A DNA stretch of 41,189 nucleotides from Candidatus Bathyarchaeota archaeon (GCA_050115935.1 JASFPO010000003.1:1-41189), one strand, 5' to 3'; positions 9,471-18,704 are shown, counted from the stretch's first letter. Numbers and translations are program-made. The notes: generated from the letters alone by a model not told the origin.

Positions 9471-9579
9471 GCCGCCGTGGCTCAGTCCGGTAGAGCAGCT
9501 GACTCAGAAAGGCAGAGACCTTTGGAGGCTGAAGCTGTTAACCAGCTGGTCGTCGGTTCGAATCCGACCGGCGGCGCCA
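9471..9579 (+). tRNA. tRNA-Asn(GTT) with a 32-nt intron at position 30/31 and encoded CCA
   Basis: Acceptor GCCGCCG/CGGCGGC, D-arm GCTC/GAGC, T-arm GTCGG-TTCGAAT-CCGAC, discriminator G9576, CCA 9577-9579. Removing 9502-9533 gives the anticodon arm GCTGG-CT-GTT-AA-CCAGC. Confidence 0.95.
9502..9533 (+). other. tRNA intron bounded by a bulge-helix-bulge motif
   Basis: AG/CT outer helix, CAGC/GCTG 4-bp central helix, 3-nt bulges TG^A and AA^G, and intron stems CTC/GAG and AAAGG/CCTTT. Confidence 0.9.
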
Positions 9580-9672
9580 CAATGCACGCTTCCATCAGGG
9601 ATTAGTATTCTAAATTCATAATGCTTTTTCATCAGAGTTACTTATGCCTTGTAGTGAAGAGGTAGAGTCTAG

Positions 9673-10143
9673 TTGCCAAGAAGCACCCGAAGAATCATGG
9701 TTGCACAAAATCCCAGGCAGATTCTTGGTCTGGTACTTACCGTTTTAGGATTGACACCTATAATCATTGTACTATTAAACGCATGGACCTCAGGAATTTC
9801 ATTTTTAGATCTTTCAGCATTGTACGGGTTCCTCTGGGCAAACCGGTTTTACATTGGCTTCGGAATAGGATTTGAACTCATCTACCTCTTCATTATTGGT
9901 ACCGTCGTAATCATCTCGGGCCTTGCCCTCTTGGCTCGTAGAACAAAACAGATTCAAGAGGTGACCGTTGTAACCGATGACCTAGCAGTAACATTAGAAT
10001 GCACTGTTTGCAAACATCGATGGAAGGAACATTTCTCTGAGACACAACTGCAGGCTATGGGATTCCCCCAGAACCGAACGATTTCTCGGAGAAGATGTCA
10101 AGCTTGTCGAAAGTTCACTCGCCCTAAGATAATGGGGATCTAA
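9673..10143 (+). CDS. Membrane protein (2 TM) with a C-terminal CxxC...CxxC zinc ribbon
   Basis: Two hydrophobic segments, then CTVC and CQAC. GAGGT SD before the TTG start. Confidence 0.7.
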   Translation: MPRSTRRIMVAQNPRQILGLVLTVLGLTPIIIVLLNAWTSGISFLDLSALYGFLWANRFYIGFGIGFELIYLFIIGTVVIISGLALLARRTKQIQEVTVVTDDLAVTLECTVCKHRWKEHFSETQLQAMGFPQNRTISRRRCQACRKFTRPKIMGI

Positions 10144-10194
10144 TTACGGCGCGAGGAATACGTACATGCATGGCGCAGTGGTTGAGGAATAGAG

Positions 10195-11070
10195 TTGCTG
10201 GAGTATATCAGTGCTATCGGTGAATGGATCCTATCTAACCTTGACAAGTTGATGTTTTCTGCAGTCACGTTTGTTGTTGTTTATGTCATTTATAGAATTG
10301 TAATTCGAGAAATCAAAAGCCTCAAAGCCAAAGAGAAACTAGAAGAACACCTCGCTTATACTTTGATTCGAATTGCGAAATGGACCTCGGTGCTTGTGAT
10401 TCTATCAGCAATCCTTGCAGAGTGGGGAGTGACGCTAGGGATCATCTCAGGGATTCTAGCCATTTTCGGTGGCACCATTATCGGCTTCGCCGCCATTAAC
10501 ACCATAGGTAACGCCATTGCTGGTCTGATTGTGATGACGAGCAGACCCTTTGAGGTTGGAGACAGAGTCTTCTTCAACGGACAATTCGCTGACATAGTTG
10601 GCATAGAGTTGATTTACACGAAGATGCTCACTCTCGACAATGTCTTGGTCTCAGTCCCCAATCAAGAGCTGCTCAAAGAAGAAATAGATAACTATGGAAA
10701 GAAGAATGTGGTTCGGCGACATTGCACGGTGACACCTGGCTTCGAATATAATAGTGCAGAAGTGGAGAAGGTCTTGCTAGAAGCTGCCGGCAAGGTTCAA
10801 GGAGTCTTAAAGAAACCGCAACCCTATGTGTGGATAACGAGATTCCAAAACTACGCAGTTGAATACAATCTTTACGTTTTCATAAATGACATAAAAAGAC
10901 TGCCAGAGATAGATGCAGAACTCCACCGGAAGGTTTTGGAATCATGCAAAAAGCATGGAATAGACATAAGTACACCTCTCCTCCTTAAACCATTCGAAGA
11001 TGCATCCACGGACAGAGATTTCAAAGCGGAAAGAGAAGCAAGGGTGCTCAATCTGGAAATAGCTGAATAG
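10195..11070 (+). CDS. mscS: Small-conductance mechanosensitive channel
   Basis: Three N-terminal TMs, GFAAINTIGNAIAGL, RPFEVGDRV, VSVPNQ, and C-terminal GIDISTP. Confidence 0.92.
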   Translation: MLEYISAIGEWILSNLDKLMFSAVTFVVVYVIYRIVIREIKSLKAKEKLEEHLAYTLIRIAKWTSVLVILSAILAEWGVTLGIISGILAIFGGTIIGFAAINTIGNAIAGLIVMTSRPFEVGDRVFFNGQFADIVGIELIYTKMLTLDNVLVSVPNQELLKEEIDNYGKKNVVRRHCTVTPGFEYNSAEVEKVLLEAAGKVQGVLKKPQPYVWITRFQNYAVEYNLYVFINDIKRLPEIDAELHRKVLESCKKHGIDISTPLLLKPFEDASTDRDFKAEREARVLNLEIAE

Positions 11071-11352
11071 ACGCGCGCAAAGCAATTTGCAACAGTTACA
11101 ATATTAACATGATGGGCAATCAGGTTTCTAACCTGTTGCAAAAAGAAGAAAAGAAAGGGAGTCAGGGTAGCCTAAGTGTTAGTGCGCGCGCGCAAATGAG
11201 ACTTCGGTAGGATTTCTGATTTTGGATGTATGTTTAATCATTCAACTGTAAAAATGAGGTGCATACATGGTCTTTTACGCTTCCACGCTGATACATCTGT
11301 CAATGACCCAAGATTGCTTTTATCTAGCTGCACATCCTATGTTTAGATTATC

Positions 11353-11787
11353 ATGTCATACGAAGAAAAGAACATAGGAGTGTTGCCAGAGGATACAGAC
11401 GCGTTCGGAAGGTTGAATTGGCGAGTCTACTGCCGTTACTGTGAACAGGGAGAAGCGGGTTTGATGGAGAGTTTGGGTTTCACCCCGATGTATTTCCAGA
11501 AAATACACAAAATCTCCTTTCCTAGGAGGGCTGCCCATTTCGAATACGTCTCACCAGTTTCCCCAGATAATCTGGTAGATCTAAAAACTGAGGTCAAAAA
11601 GGTCGGCACTACGTCAATAACTCTGTCACATACCTTCTTCAAAAAGAGACGAGGACAAAAGGATCGGATATTGGCAGCCAAAGCAGAGGTGACCATTGTC
11701 GCATACGACGATCGGCTCCACGAGAAGACCGAACTGCCAAGAAAGCTAGTAGATACATTGAAGGCTTCAGGTATTCAAAAGAAATAG
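11353..11787 (+). CDS. Hotdog-fold acyl-CoA thioesterase (4HBT/YbgC family)
   Basis: DTDAFGRLNW..Y..Y.E motif, KVGTTSI, and C-terminal ELPRKL. Confidence 0.85.
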   Translation: MSYEEKNIGVLPEDTDAFGRLNWRVYCRYCEQGEAGLMESLGFTPMYFQKIHKISFPRRAAHFEYVSPVSPDNLVDLKTEVKKVGTTSITLSHTFFKKRRGQKDRILAAKAEVTIVAYDDRLHEKTELPRKLVDTLKASGIQKK

Positions 11788-11809
11788 TCTGCGCTCCCGT
11801 CCTAGAATG

Positions 11810-13510
11810 CTATTTTCCGAACATTTCAAGGAAGCTCATGGTGTTGACTATATCCTTTCGTTCGAGCCATCCGCGTCTGGCTGTGCCTATTCCAAGTTGC
11901 ATCCACCTCATGTCGGCGACGCTGTGAGCATCTGTGCCGATGCTGATCTTTACGCCCATATCCTTTGCCTTGAGTAATTGCAGATCATTCAGGTCCAAGC
12001 GGTCGGGATAAGCGTTTAACTCCAACATTTTCTTGTTTTCTCCAGCTTTTTCCATGACCTTATCTATGTCAACTTCATAGCCTTCCCTTCCTGAGATCAG
12101 TCTTCCAGTGGGATGAGCAATTATGTCGACAAATGGGCTCTCAATTGCTTTGACAATTCGTTGTGTCACGTTCCTCTTGAAACCAGTGTGAATTGCCGCA
12201 ACTACAATGTCAAGTTGCTCAAGAAGCCCAAGATCAAGATCTAGTGCGCCATCACCGAGAATATCAACCTCAACCCCCTTAAGAATCCTAACACCCTCGA
12301 CTTCTTCATTGAGCTTCTCAATCTCTCTCATCTGCTTCTTCAACCTATCCTCGTTCAATCCTCCAGCATACCTAACCGATTTAGAATGATCGCAAATGGC
12401 AACATACTCGTAACCCAAAGCCTTGGCATGTTGAGCAATCTCCTTGATTGTTGAAAGACCATCGCTATAGGAAGAGTGAACGTGTAAGTCGCCTTTAATG
12501 TCGGAGAGCTTCACAAGATCTGGAAGCTTTTTCTCCAATGCTGCTTCAAGCTCGCCTCGATTTTCCCGCAGTTCCGGTGGAATATAAGGTAACCCCACGG
12601 CTTTGTAAACTTCCTCCTCGTTTCTTCCGGCAATCTTTTCGCTTCCTCGGAAGACCCCGTATTCGCTTATCTTCAGTCCTTTCTCCTTTGCAAGACCTCT
12701 GAGTCGTACGTTGTGTGCTTTGCACCCTGTGAAGTATTGTAATGCAGCACCATATGAGTCGCTTGGCACAATCCTTAAGTCAACCTGTCTCACGTCTCTT
12801 CCTGTTCTGACAAGGATGGAGCCTTTGGTCTTTCCTGAAGCAAGTATTCTGTCGGCTTTCGGATATCCCGTGAAAAAGTCTATGATCTTGGCACCTTCTC
12901 TAGCAGTTGCGAGGATGTCGATGTCGCCAACGGTCGCCCTCATTCTCCTGAGAGAACCGGCTGGAGCCACCTGTTCAATCTCTGGACAAGTTTTCAGATA
13001 ATTGACTATCTCATCACTGGTCTCTAACGCTTCGTAGAGAGGGATTCTTTCCCTTGTCTGCAGAAAGACTTCGATACTCTTCTTGATGTTGTTAACTCGT
13101 TGCTCTCCCATCCGAAAGAGGCTTGCCAGAGAACCGTCCTGTATCACTCTTTTGAGGTCATCAAGATTCTCCACTCCTAGTTTCTCATGAACAAGAGCTA
13201 ACGTTTTAGGCCCAAGGTTCTGAACCTTCAACAGTTTGAGGAGGTCTCTAGGAATTTCTGAAAGCGCTTCTTCATGTTTCCTAATCCTACCAGTGTTCAA
13301 ATATTCCTCTATCTTCTTCGCAATGCCCTCGCCGATCCCAGGAATCTCCTGAAGCCGTCTTCTTCTAGCGAGAACATATACGTCGTCGGTCAAATCATTT
13401 AGAACATCTGAAGCCTTTCTGTACGCAATGATTTTGAAACGGTTGTCACCCTTGAACTCTAAGGCGTCAGCGATCTCGGCAAAGATCTCAGCCAACTCTT
13501 TATTTTTCAT
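11810..13510 (-). CDS. polX: DNA polymerase X with PHP 3'-5' exonuclease domain
   Basis: HhH motifs IPGIGEGIA and LGPK, then GSLRR, GDIDIL, VDLR, YFTG. PHP motifs DLHVHS, CDH, AHP, TDAH. Start placed at ATG 13510. Confidence 0.95.
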   Translation of the reverse strand: MKNKELAEIFAEIADALEFKGDNRFKIIAYRKASDVLNDLTDDVYVLARRRRLQEIPGIGEGIAKKIEEYLNTGRIRKHEEALSEIPRDLLKLLKVQNLGPKTLALVHEKLGVENLDDLKRVIQDGSLASLFRMGEQRVNNIKKSIEVFLQTRERIPLYEALETSDEIVNYLKTCPEIEQVAPAGSLRRMRATVGDIDILATAREGAKIIDFFTGYPKADRILASGKTKGSILVRTGRDVRQVDLRIVPSDSYGAALQYFTGCKAHNVRLRGLAKEKGLKISEYGVFRGSEKIAGRNEEEVYKAVGLPYIPPELRENRGELEAALEKKLPDLVKLSDIKGDLHVHSSYSDGLSTIKEIAQHAKALGYEYVAICDHSKSVRYAGGLNEDRLKKQMREIEKLNEEVEGVRILKGVEVDILGDGALDLDLGLLEQLDIVVAAIHTGFKRNVTQRIVKAIESPFVDIIAHPTGRLISGREGYEVDIDKVMEKAGENKKMLELNAYPDRLDLNDLQLLKAKDMGVKISIGTDAHSVADMRWMQLGIGTARRGWLERKDIVNTMSFLEMFGK

Positions 13511-13631
13511 CGAGACCACTCTGTTTGGTTTTCTCAATGTGGAAATATTACAAGTCACTCTTAAAAAGGAAGTTTGCGGGTGATAATCACCATAGAGATT
13601 GAAGTTCGAATCTCACCGTTGACGAGCTTGG

Positions 13632-14405
13632 CTAGGCATTTCCAAACTGTTGTGTTACAGGTTCGCCTTGCTCCACAGGTGTGGACACTACTTCGGGGAA
13701 AGGTGTCTTTCTTCTTCTCAAAAGCAAAATGGCCGACCCGGCCACAGCTACGACAACAATGGCAACGACAACAAGGATCAATAATTCCTGTCCTGAGAAC
13801 AATCCAGCCTCCCACATATTGGTTTCTGTCATTCTAATTGACATGGACATGCCTATTGCTTGTCCTAGAAGGTCACCACTCATCGACATCTCCATTTCAC
13901 ACAAAATTCCCGTTGCCTTGTCCCAGCAGGCTTCAAGGTCCATACTCAGACCCATTTCTTCTTGTTCAAGATCAACATAGTAGACTTCTCTGCTTGCACC
14001 CGCGTAGGTTTGTACTCTGGAACCTCCTATTTTCGCAGGCATTTCAGATCCGAAAATTGGGGTCGAGACATCGTCACCTTCAGCAAGGTCTGTGTCGACA
14101 ATGAAACCAGTTCCAGGTATGGTATCCGTAAGCTCTGTTCCATTCTCAAAATGCGTGGTCGTCTTCAAGGTAATGGATGTATCCGAGATACTCGCCACCT
14201 CGACCTTGACCCATTCCATTATCTCCAATTCCTCGTATTCTGTCAATTCCGCGATTCCTTCAGGCATCTCTAGTTCAATCACGTACTTTGCCCAGTCTCC
14301 TTTCTTGACTTCAGTTGCAGCAAAACCACTTGGAATGGGTATCAGAAAAATAACTAGAGTAGCGATTGCAATGCACGTGATGCGCTTTCCATGCAAATAT
14401 TTCAT
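13632..14405 (-). CDS. Secreted acidic surface protein with a C-terminal membrane anchor
   Basis: Signal peptide, VKKGDWAKY, YAGASREV, WDKATGILCE, and a C-terminal TM followed by RRRK. Confidence 0.8.
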   Translation of the reverse strand: MKYLHGKRITCIAIATLVIFLIPIPSGFAATEVKKGDWAKYVIELEMPEGIAELTEYEELEIMEWVKVEVASISDTSITLKTTTHFENGTELTDTIPGTGFIVDTDLAEGDDVSTPIFGSEMPAKIGGSRVQTYAGASREVYYVDLEQEEMGLSMDLEACWDKATGILCEMEMSMSGDLLGQAIGMSMSIRMTETNMWEAGLFSGQELLILVVVAIVVVAVAGSAILLLRRRKTPFPEVVSTPVEQGEPVTQQFGNA

Positions 14406-14508
14406 ATACGCACCGCCTCTATCCCAATTGAATCTTTTTCGATTTAAGACTTAGCGCATATTCGGCTGTACGTGTAGTCAGAAGCGAGATGATTGACTCA
14501 TATTCAGC

Positions 14509-14522
14509 AAAAGGGGGGGGGG
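14509..14522 (-). terminator. C10-T4 pyrimidine tract after the alpha/beta hydrolase gene
   Basis: On the + strand AAAA-G10, about 40 nt downstream of the stop at 14560. Confidence 0.35.
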
Positions 14523-14559
14523 TCGCGTGAGAAAATCAGTTACATGGTCTTGATCTTGT

Positions 14560-15159
14560 TCAGACTGTGGAGCGAAACTGCTCATCAAAAAACTCACGTA
14601 TCTTTTGTGAAACCAGATTTGCTGTTGCTGGGTAGTCTTCCATGTAAAAATGATCTGTGTCTAAAACCAGCTTCTGTTTCAATCCTTTCGCTTCCTCGAA
14701 AAGACGTTCAAACTCTGAATACGGCGCCACAGTGTCTCTTTTGCCATGAACGAAAAGCTTTGGACAACTGAAGTCTAATTGTGCCTCTAGACCGTTTATC
14801 TTTCCCAGAATTGATAACGCAACAAATCCACTTACTTCAGCTCGAGCCGCTACGTTAGAAGCAACTACAGCTCCAAAGGAGTATCCCAAGAGACCCAACG
14901 ATTTGACTCTCTTTCGCATGAAAGAGATCGCATCTAAAACGTTTTGAACCTCTTTGACGCCGCGCCCGTAGGTTCCATAGTCCATGCACAAGGCGGAGAT
15001 GCCATGCAACGCAAGCTCTTTGGCAACCCTGACAATTCTCGTGTCATTTCTGCAACCACCATATAGAGGATGTGGCGGACAGAGAACAACCCCCACAGAT
15101 GAAGAACCATAGAGCGTTGCAAACAACGTCTCATCATTACTCTTGAAATTCACCTGCAT
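14560..15159 (-). CDS. Alpha/beta hydrolase
   Basis: PPHPLYGG, nucleophile elbow GYSFG, HGKRDTVAP, DHF. Start placed at ATG 15159 to avoid overlap with the upstream gene. Confidence 0.88.
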   Translation of the reverse strand: MQVNFKSNDETLFATLYGSSSVGVVLCPPHPLYGGCRNDTRIVRVAKELALHGISALCMDYGTYGRGVKEVQNVLDAISFMRKRVKSLGLLGYSFGAVVASNVAARAEVSGFVALSILGKINGLEAQLDFSCPKLFVHGKRDTVAPYSEFERLFEEAKGLKQKLVLDTDHFYMEDYPATANLVSQKIREFFDEQFRSTV

Positions 15160-15188
15160 ATAAACCAGCTCGCCAACCAGCAAGCTGT

Positions 15189-16733
15189 CTAATATCCATA
15201 CACCCAAGAGAATTTGCCGTCAAGATATTCAAGGAAAGGTTTGACGTTCATCCCTTCGCCCGTAATCTTCTTGATGAGGACAGCGGGGTCATAGAGGGCT
15301 CCTTGTTGATGCACACTCCTAGCAAGCCATTTCTTGACGTCTCCAAAGTTTCCTCTGGCGATCTGCTCTTTCCAATCTGGAATCGATTTCTCCATAGTGC
15401 GTAGAAGCTGACCACTGATTACATTGCCTAAGGCGTAAGTTGGGAAGTATCCAAAGTCTCCACCAGACCAATGAATATCCTGCATGACGCCTTCCGAGTC
15501 GTTTTCGATGTCCACGCCCAAGTACTTGTCGTACTTCTGATTCCATATCTCTGGAAGATCTCCGACGGTAATCTTTCCCAGAATCAGATCTTGTTCAATC
15601 TCAAACCGTATGATTACGTGAAGGCAATAGGTTACTTCATCTGCTTCAACTCGAATCTTCGAAGGTCTAACATGGTTGATAGCGCGAACAAAGTCATCCA
15701 AAGCCAAATCAGCAAAAGCTTTGTCAGTGAGCTCATTCAGTTTTGGGTAGAAGTATTTCCAGAACTCCCTTGACCGACCGATTATGTTCTCTATGAATCG
15801 AGACTGAGACTCATGGAATCCTAGAGAAGGAGAGTCACCTACAGGTTGGAACATCCACTCTTGCTTAAGATTCTGGTCGTAGATTGCGTGACCGCCTTCA
15901 TGTAATATGGAAAACAGCGAAGACGCCATGTTGTCTTCGTAGTAGTGCGTTGTGATGCGCACATCATCATAGTAGCCAGTGGTGAAAGGGTGTTCTGTCT
16001 CATCTATTCTGCCGCCAGCTTTTGAGGACTCAACGTCATATTCGATAAACCTAGCGATTTCGTTTGATATCTTTCTTTGAACGCCAAGCGGAACCTTCCT
16101 CTTCAGAACCTTAGGGTCAGGTTGATCAGGCGAATTCATACACTTCTGCAAGATTGACACAAGCCCATCTCTCAAGTCTCCAAAGACCCTTGAAATGGAA
16201 TCAGCTGACATCTTTGGTTCGTAAATGTCGATCAAAGCGTCATAGGGGGTTTTGGTGCCTTTTACTTCCATAAGAATTCCGGCAGCCTGTTTTTTCAGAT
16301 TAAGCATCTTCTCAAGCTCTGGTTTGAACAGGGAGAAATTCTTCGCGGCTTTTGCTTTCTTCCAAACATTTATCGCGATGGCTTCCTGCTTTGCGATCGC
16401 AGCAACTAGTTTCTCAGGCAGTTTTGTCTGTTCATCATAGTGCTTCTTGATGAGATACACATTCCTTTTCTGCAACTCGTTCATGCTTTCATAGTCGGGA
16501 TGTTCCTGAATTTTTGAAAGTAGGGTTCCGATCTCAGGTTTTGTGCTAAGTCTATGAATGACTTGGCTGAGAACACCTAGCTGTTGGCTTCGAAGATTCA
16601 CTCCTTTGGGAGGCATCTTGGTTTCCATGTCCCAATGTATGATACTTGTCGCCGTGTGAAGGGTAATTATCTCTTTAGTGAGAGCTAACAATTTCTCATA
16701 ATTGGAGCTCAGCGCTTCCGTAGTCCTTGACAT
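15189..16733 (-). CDS. Thermostable carboxypeptidase, M32 (Taq) family
   Basis: HPF, DVRITT, HEGGH (HExxH), HESQSR, IRVEADE, GVMQDIHW, GYFPTY. Confidence 0.96.
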   Translation of the reverse strand: MSRTTEALSSNYEKLLALTKEIITLHTATSIIHWDMETKMPPKGVNLRSQQLGVLSQVIHRLSTKPEIGTLLSKIQEHPDYESMNELQKRNVYLIKKHYDEQTKLPEKLVAAIAKQEAIAINVWKKAKAAKNFSLFKPELEKMLNLKKQAAGILMEVKGTKTPYDALIDIYEPKMSADSISRVFGDLRDGLVSILQKCMNSPDQPDPKVLKRKVPLGVQRKISNEIARFIEYDVESSKAGGRIDETEHPFTTGYYDDVRITTHYYEDNMASSLFSILHEGGHAIYDQNLKQEWMFQPVGDSPSLGFHESQSRFIENIIGRSREFWKYFYPKLNELTDKAFADLALDDFVRAINHVRPSKIRVEADEVTYCLHVIIRFEIEQDLILGKITVGDLPEIWNQKYDKYLGVDIENDSEGVMQDIHWSGGDFGYFPTYALGNVISGQLLRTMEKSIPDWKEQIARGNFGDVKKWLARSVHQQGALYDPAVLIKKITGEGMNVKPFLEYLDGKFSWVYGY

Positions 16734-16834
16734 ATCAATCGCAACCGATAACTGTCTTCAAGGATATATGGTTTGTGTGCCATCGACACAAGCAAAGCCG
16801 GGAGTCAGCAGTGCACGGACATGAATCGGCAATA

Positions 16835-16847
16835 AGTAAGGTTTAAG
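16835..16847 (+). promoter_or_regulatory. Putative BRE/TATA box for the topoisomerase IB gene
   Basis: AGTAAGG-TTTAAG about 50 nt upstream of ATG 16896. Confidence 0.45.
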
Positions 16848-16895
16848 TTTCGTGATGTTTCCCGTATATGAATCTATAAACGCGGAGAAAGACTA

Positions 16896-18680
16896 ATGGA
16901 GCAACTACGCCATAATGGTGTTCTGGTTCCATCTCGGTACGAAGGAAATGACCTAGTCATAAAGGTGAAGGGCGCAGAAATCAAGCTAACGCCTGAACAG
17001 GGAGAGATGGCTCTAGCTTGGGCCAAGAAGGTGGGAACTCCTTACGTTGAGGATCGAGTCTTCGCCGAAAATTTTCATCGTGACTTCTCAGAGAAGCTAG
17101 GTACACGTGTCAAGCCCGGCGATGTTGACTATACAAAGGTCATTTCTCTTGTGGAAGAGGAGCGTAGATGGAAAGCTGATCTTTCCAGAGAAGAGAGGAA
17201 ACGCTTAGCCTCAGGGAGGAAGGCCCAGCGGGAGGCAAACAAGGAACGCTTTGGATTTGCTTGGGTTGACGGCGTTCAAGTAGAGGTGGGTAACTATGCG
17301 GTTGAACCTAGCTCTATCTTCATGGGCAGAGGAAAACATCCCTTAAGGGGGCGTTGGAAGGAAGGCCCTCAGGAGCAGGATGTTGAACTCAACCTCTCGC
17401 GGGATGCACTCAGACCGCTAGGTAGTTGGAAGAGTATAGTCTGGGAACCAGATGCTATGTGGATCGCAAGATGGCGGGACAAACTCAGTGGCAAGATGAA
17501 GTATGTGGGATTCTCTGAGTCCAGCATCCTGAAGCAGAAGAAGGAAATCGAGAAGTTTGACAAAGCAATGGAGCTCCAGCGAAACCTTCAGCAGGTTCAA
17601 AGACACATATGGAAGGGTCTGAACGCTGAGAATACAAGGCGGAGGAAGATAGCTACCATCTGTTTTCTCATAGATAAGTTGAAGATCAGAGTTGGAGATG
17701 AGAAAGATCCTGATGAGGCAGACACTGTTGGCGCTTCCACTCTCAGACCAGAGCACATACGTTCTAATGGCGATGGCACTGTGACCTTCAACTTCCTTGG
17801 AAAGGACTCGGTACCTCATGTCTTCACAGTTAAGCTTCCAGTTGATGTCATCAGAAACCTTAATGAATTCTCAGACAACGCCAAATCCACCCTTTTCGAT
17901 GGCATCGGCTCAAAACACATCAGCGGATTCTTGGACGAAGTAGTCAATGGACTTTCCTCAAAGGTGTTCCGCACATTCTATGCATCTAAGACTGTCAGGG
18001 TGAAGTTGGAAAGGACACATGTGAACACTAATGATCCCGAATACCGGAAAAAGCATGTCGCCACAATGGCGAATCTCGAGGCAGCTAAGATCTGCAACCA
18101 CAGACGAACCATTCCCAAGACATGGAAGGCATCCCTAGATAAAAAGAGAATGCGCCGCAAGATTGTACAAAACCGTGCGAAAGAGGCTCAAACTAAACTG
18201 AAAATGAAAACCAGCGAACGGGAAGAAAGATATGAGGAGAGAATGAGGAAACAAGAGGAAAAGCTGAAGATGATTAAGGAGAAGTTGGACACTACACTCA
18301 CACAACTTGCACAGAGAAAGCAACAGAACAAGCCTGTCAACGCTTTGGAGAAACGAATCAGGCTTCAGCAGAGCGCTGTGAAACGTCAAAAGCAGCGTCT
18401 CAGGGAGCTAAAAGCTAAGCATAGAGAGCAGATGAAGAAATCGAAGTCCAAGCTGGAAAACAGGAGACTGCGGGACGAAGCCGCGATAGATAAACTGAGC
18501 CTCAGAATCAAAGCCCAGCAGAGGACTCGCGACTACAACTTGGCAACGTCCTTGAAGAGTTACATCGACCCCAGAATCTACTACGAATGGGGAAGAGAAG
18601 TTGACTATGACTGGAAGCGATACTACCCAAAGGCTCTTCAAAGGAAGTTCAGCTGGATAGAGAAGGAACCCACTTCTTAA
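16896..18680 (+). CDS. Type IB DNA topoisomerase, eukaryote-like, single chain
   Basis: L.HNGV, F.GRG.HP.RG, IRVGDEKD...ADTVGASTL, FLGKDS, KVFRTF.AS, CNHRR, a long coiled-coil linker, and TSLKSYIDPR with the catalytic Tyr. Confidence 0.95.
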   Translation: MEQLRHNGVLVPSRYEGNDLVIKVKGAEIKLTPEQGEMALAWAKKVGTPYVEDRVFAENFHRDFSEKLGTRVKPGDVDYTKVISLVEEERRWKADLSREERKRLASGRKAQREANKERFGFAWVDGVQVEVGNYAVEPSSIFMGRGKHPLRGRWKEGPQEQDVELNLSRDALRPLGSWKSIVWEPDAMWIARWRDKLSGKMKYVGFSESSILKQKKEIEKFDKAMELQRNLQQVQRHIWKGLNAENTRRRKIATICFLIDKLKIRVGDEKDPDEADTVGASTLRPEHIRSNGDGTVTFNFLGKDSVPHVFTVKLPVDVIRNLNEFSDNAKSTLFDGIGSKHISGFLDEVVNGLSSKVFRTFYASKTVRVKLERTHVNTNDPEYRKKHVATMANLEAAKICNHRRTIPKTWKASLDKKRMRRKIVQNRAKEAQTKLKMKTSEREERYEERMRKQEEKLKMIKEKLDTTLTQLAQRKQQNKPVNALEKRIRLQQSAVKRQKQRLRELKAKHREQMKKSKSKLENRRLRDEAAIDKLSLRIKAQQRTRDYNLATSLKSYIDPRIYYEWGREVDYDWKRYYPKALQRKFSWIEKEPTS

Positions 18681-18704
18681 AGCAAAGCTCTCAGACCTGA
18701 ATAG

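Noticed and set aside
9471-9579. tRNA-Leu(CAG) reading of the tRNA gene
   Set aside because: CAG lies inside the BHB-defined intron. Only the spliced GTT form gives a paired anticodon stem and a short variable loop.
11267-11377. 36-codon ORF with a GAGGTG SD overlapping the thioesterase start
   Set aside because: No recognisable motif, and it runs across the likely promoter of the thioesterase. It cannot be supported without conservation data.
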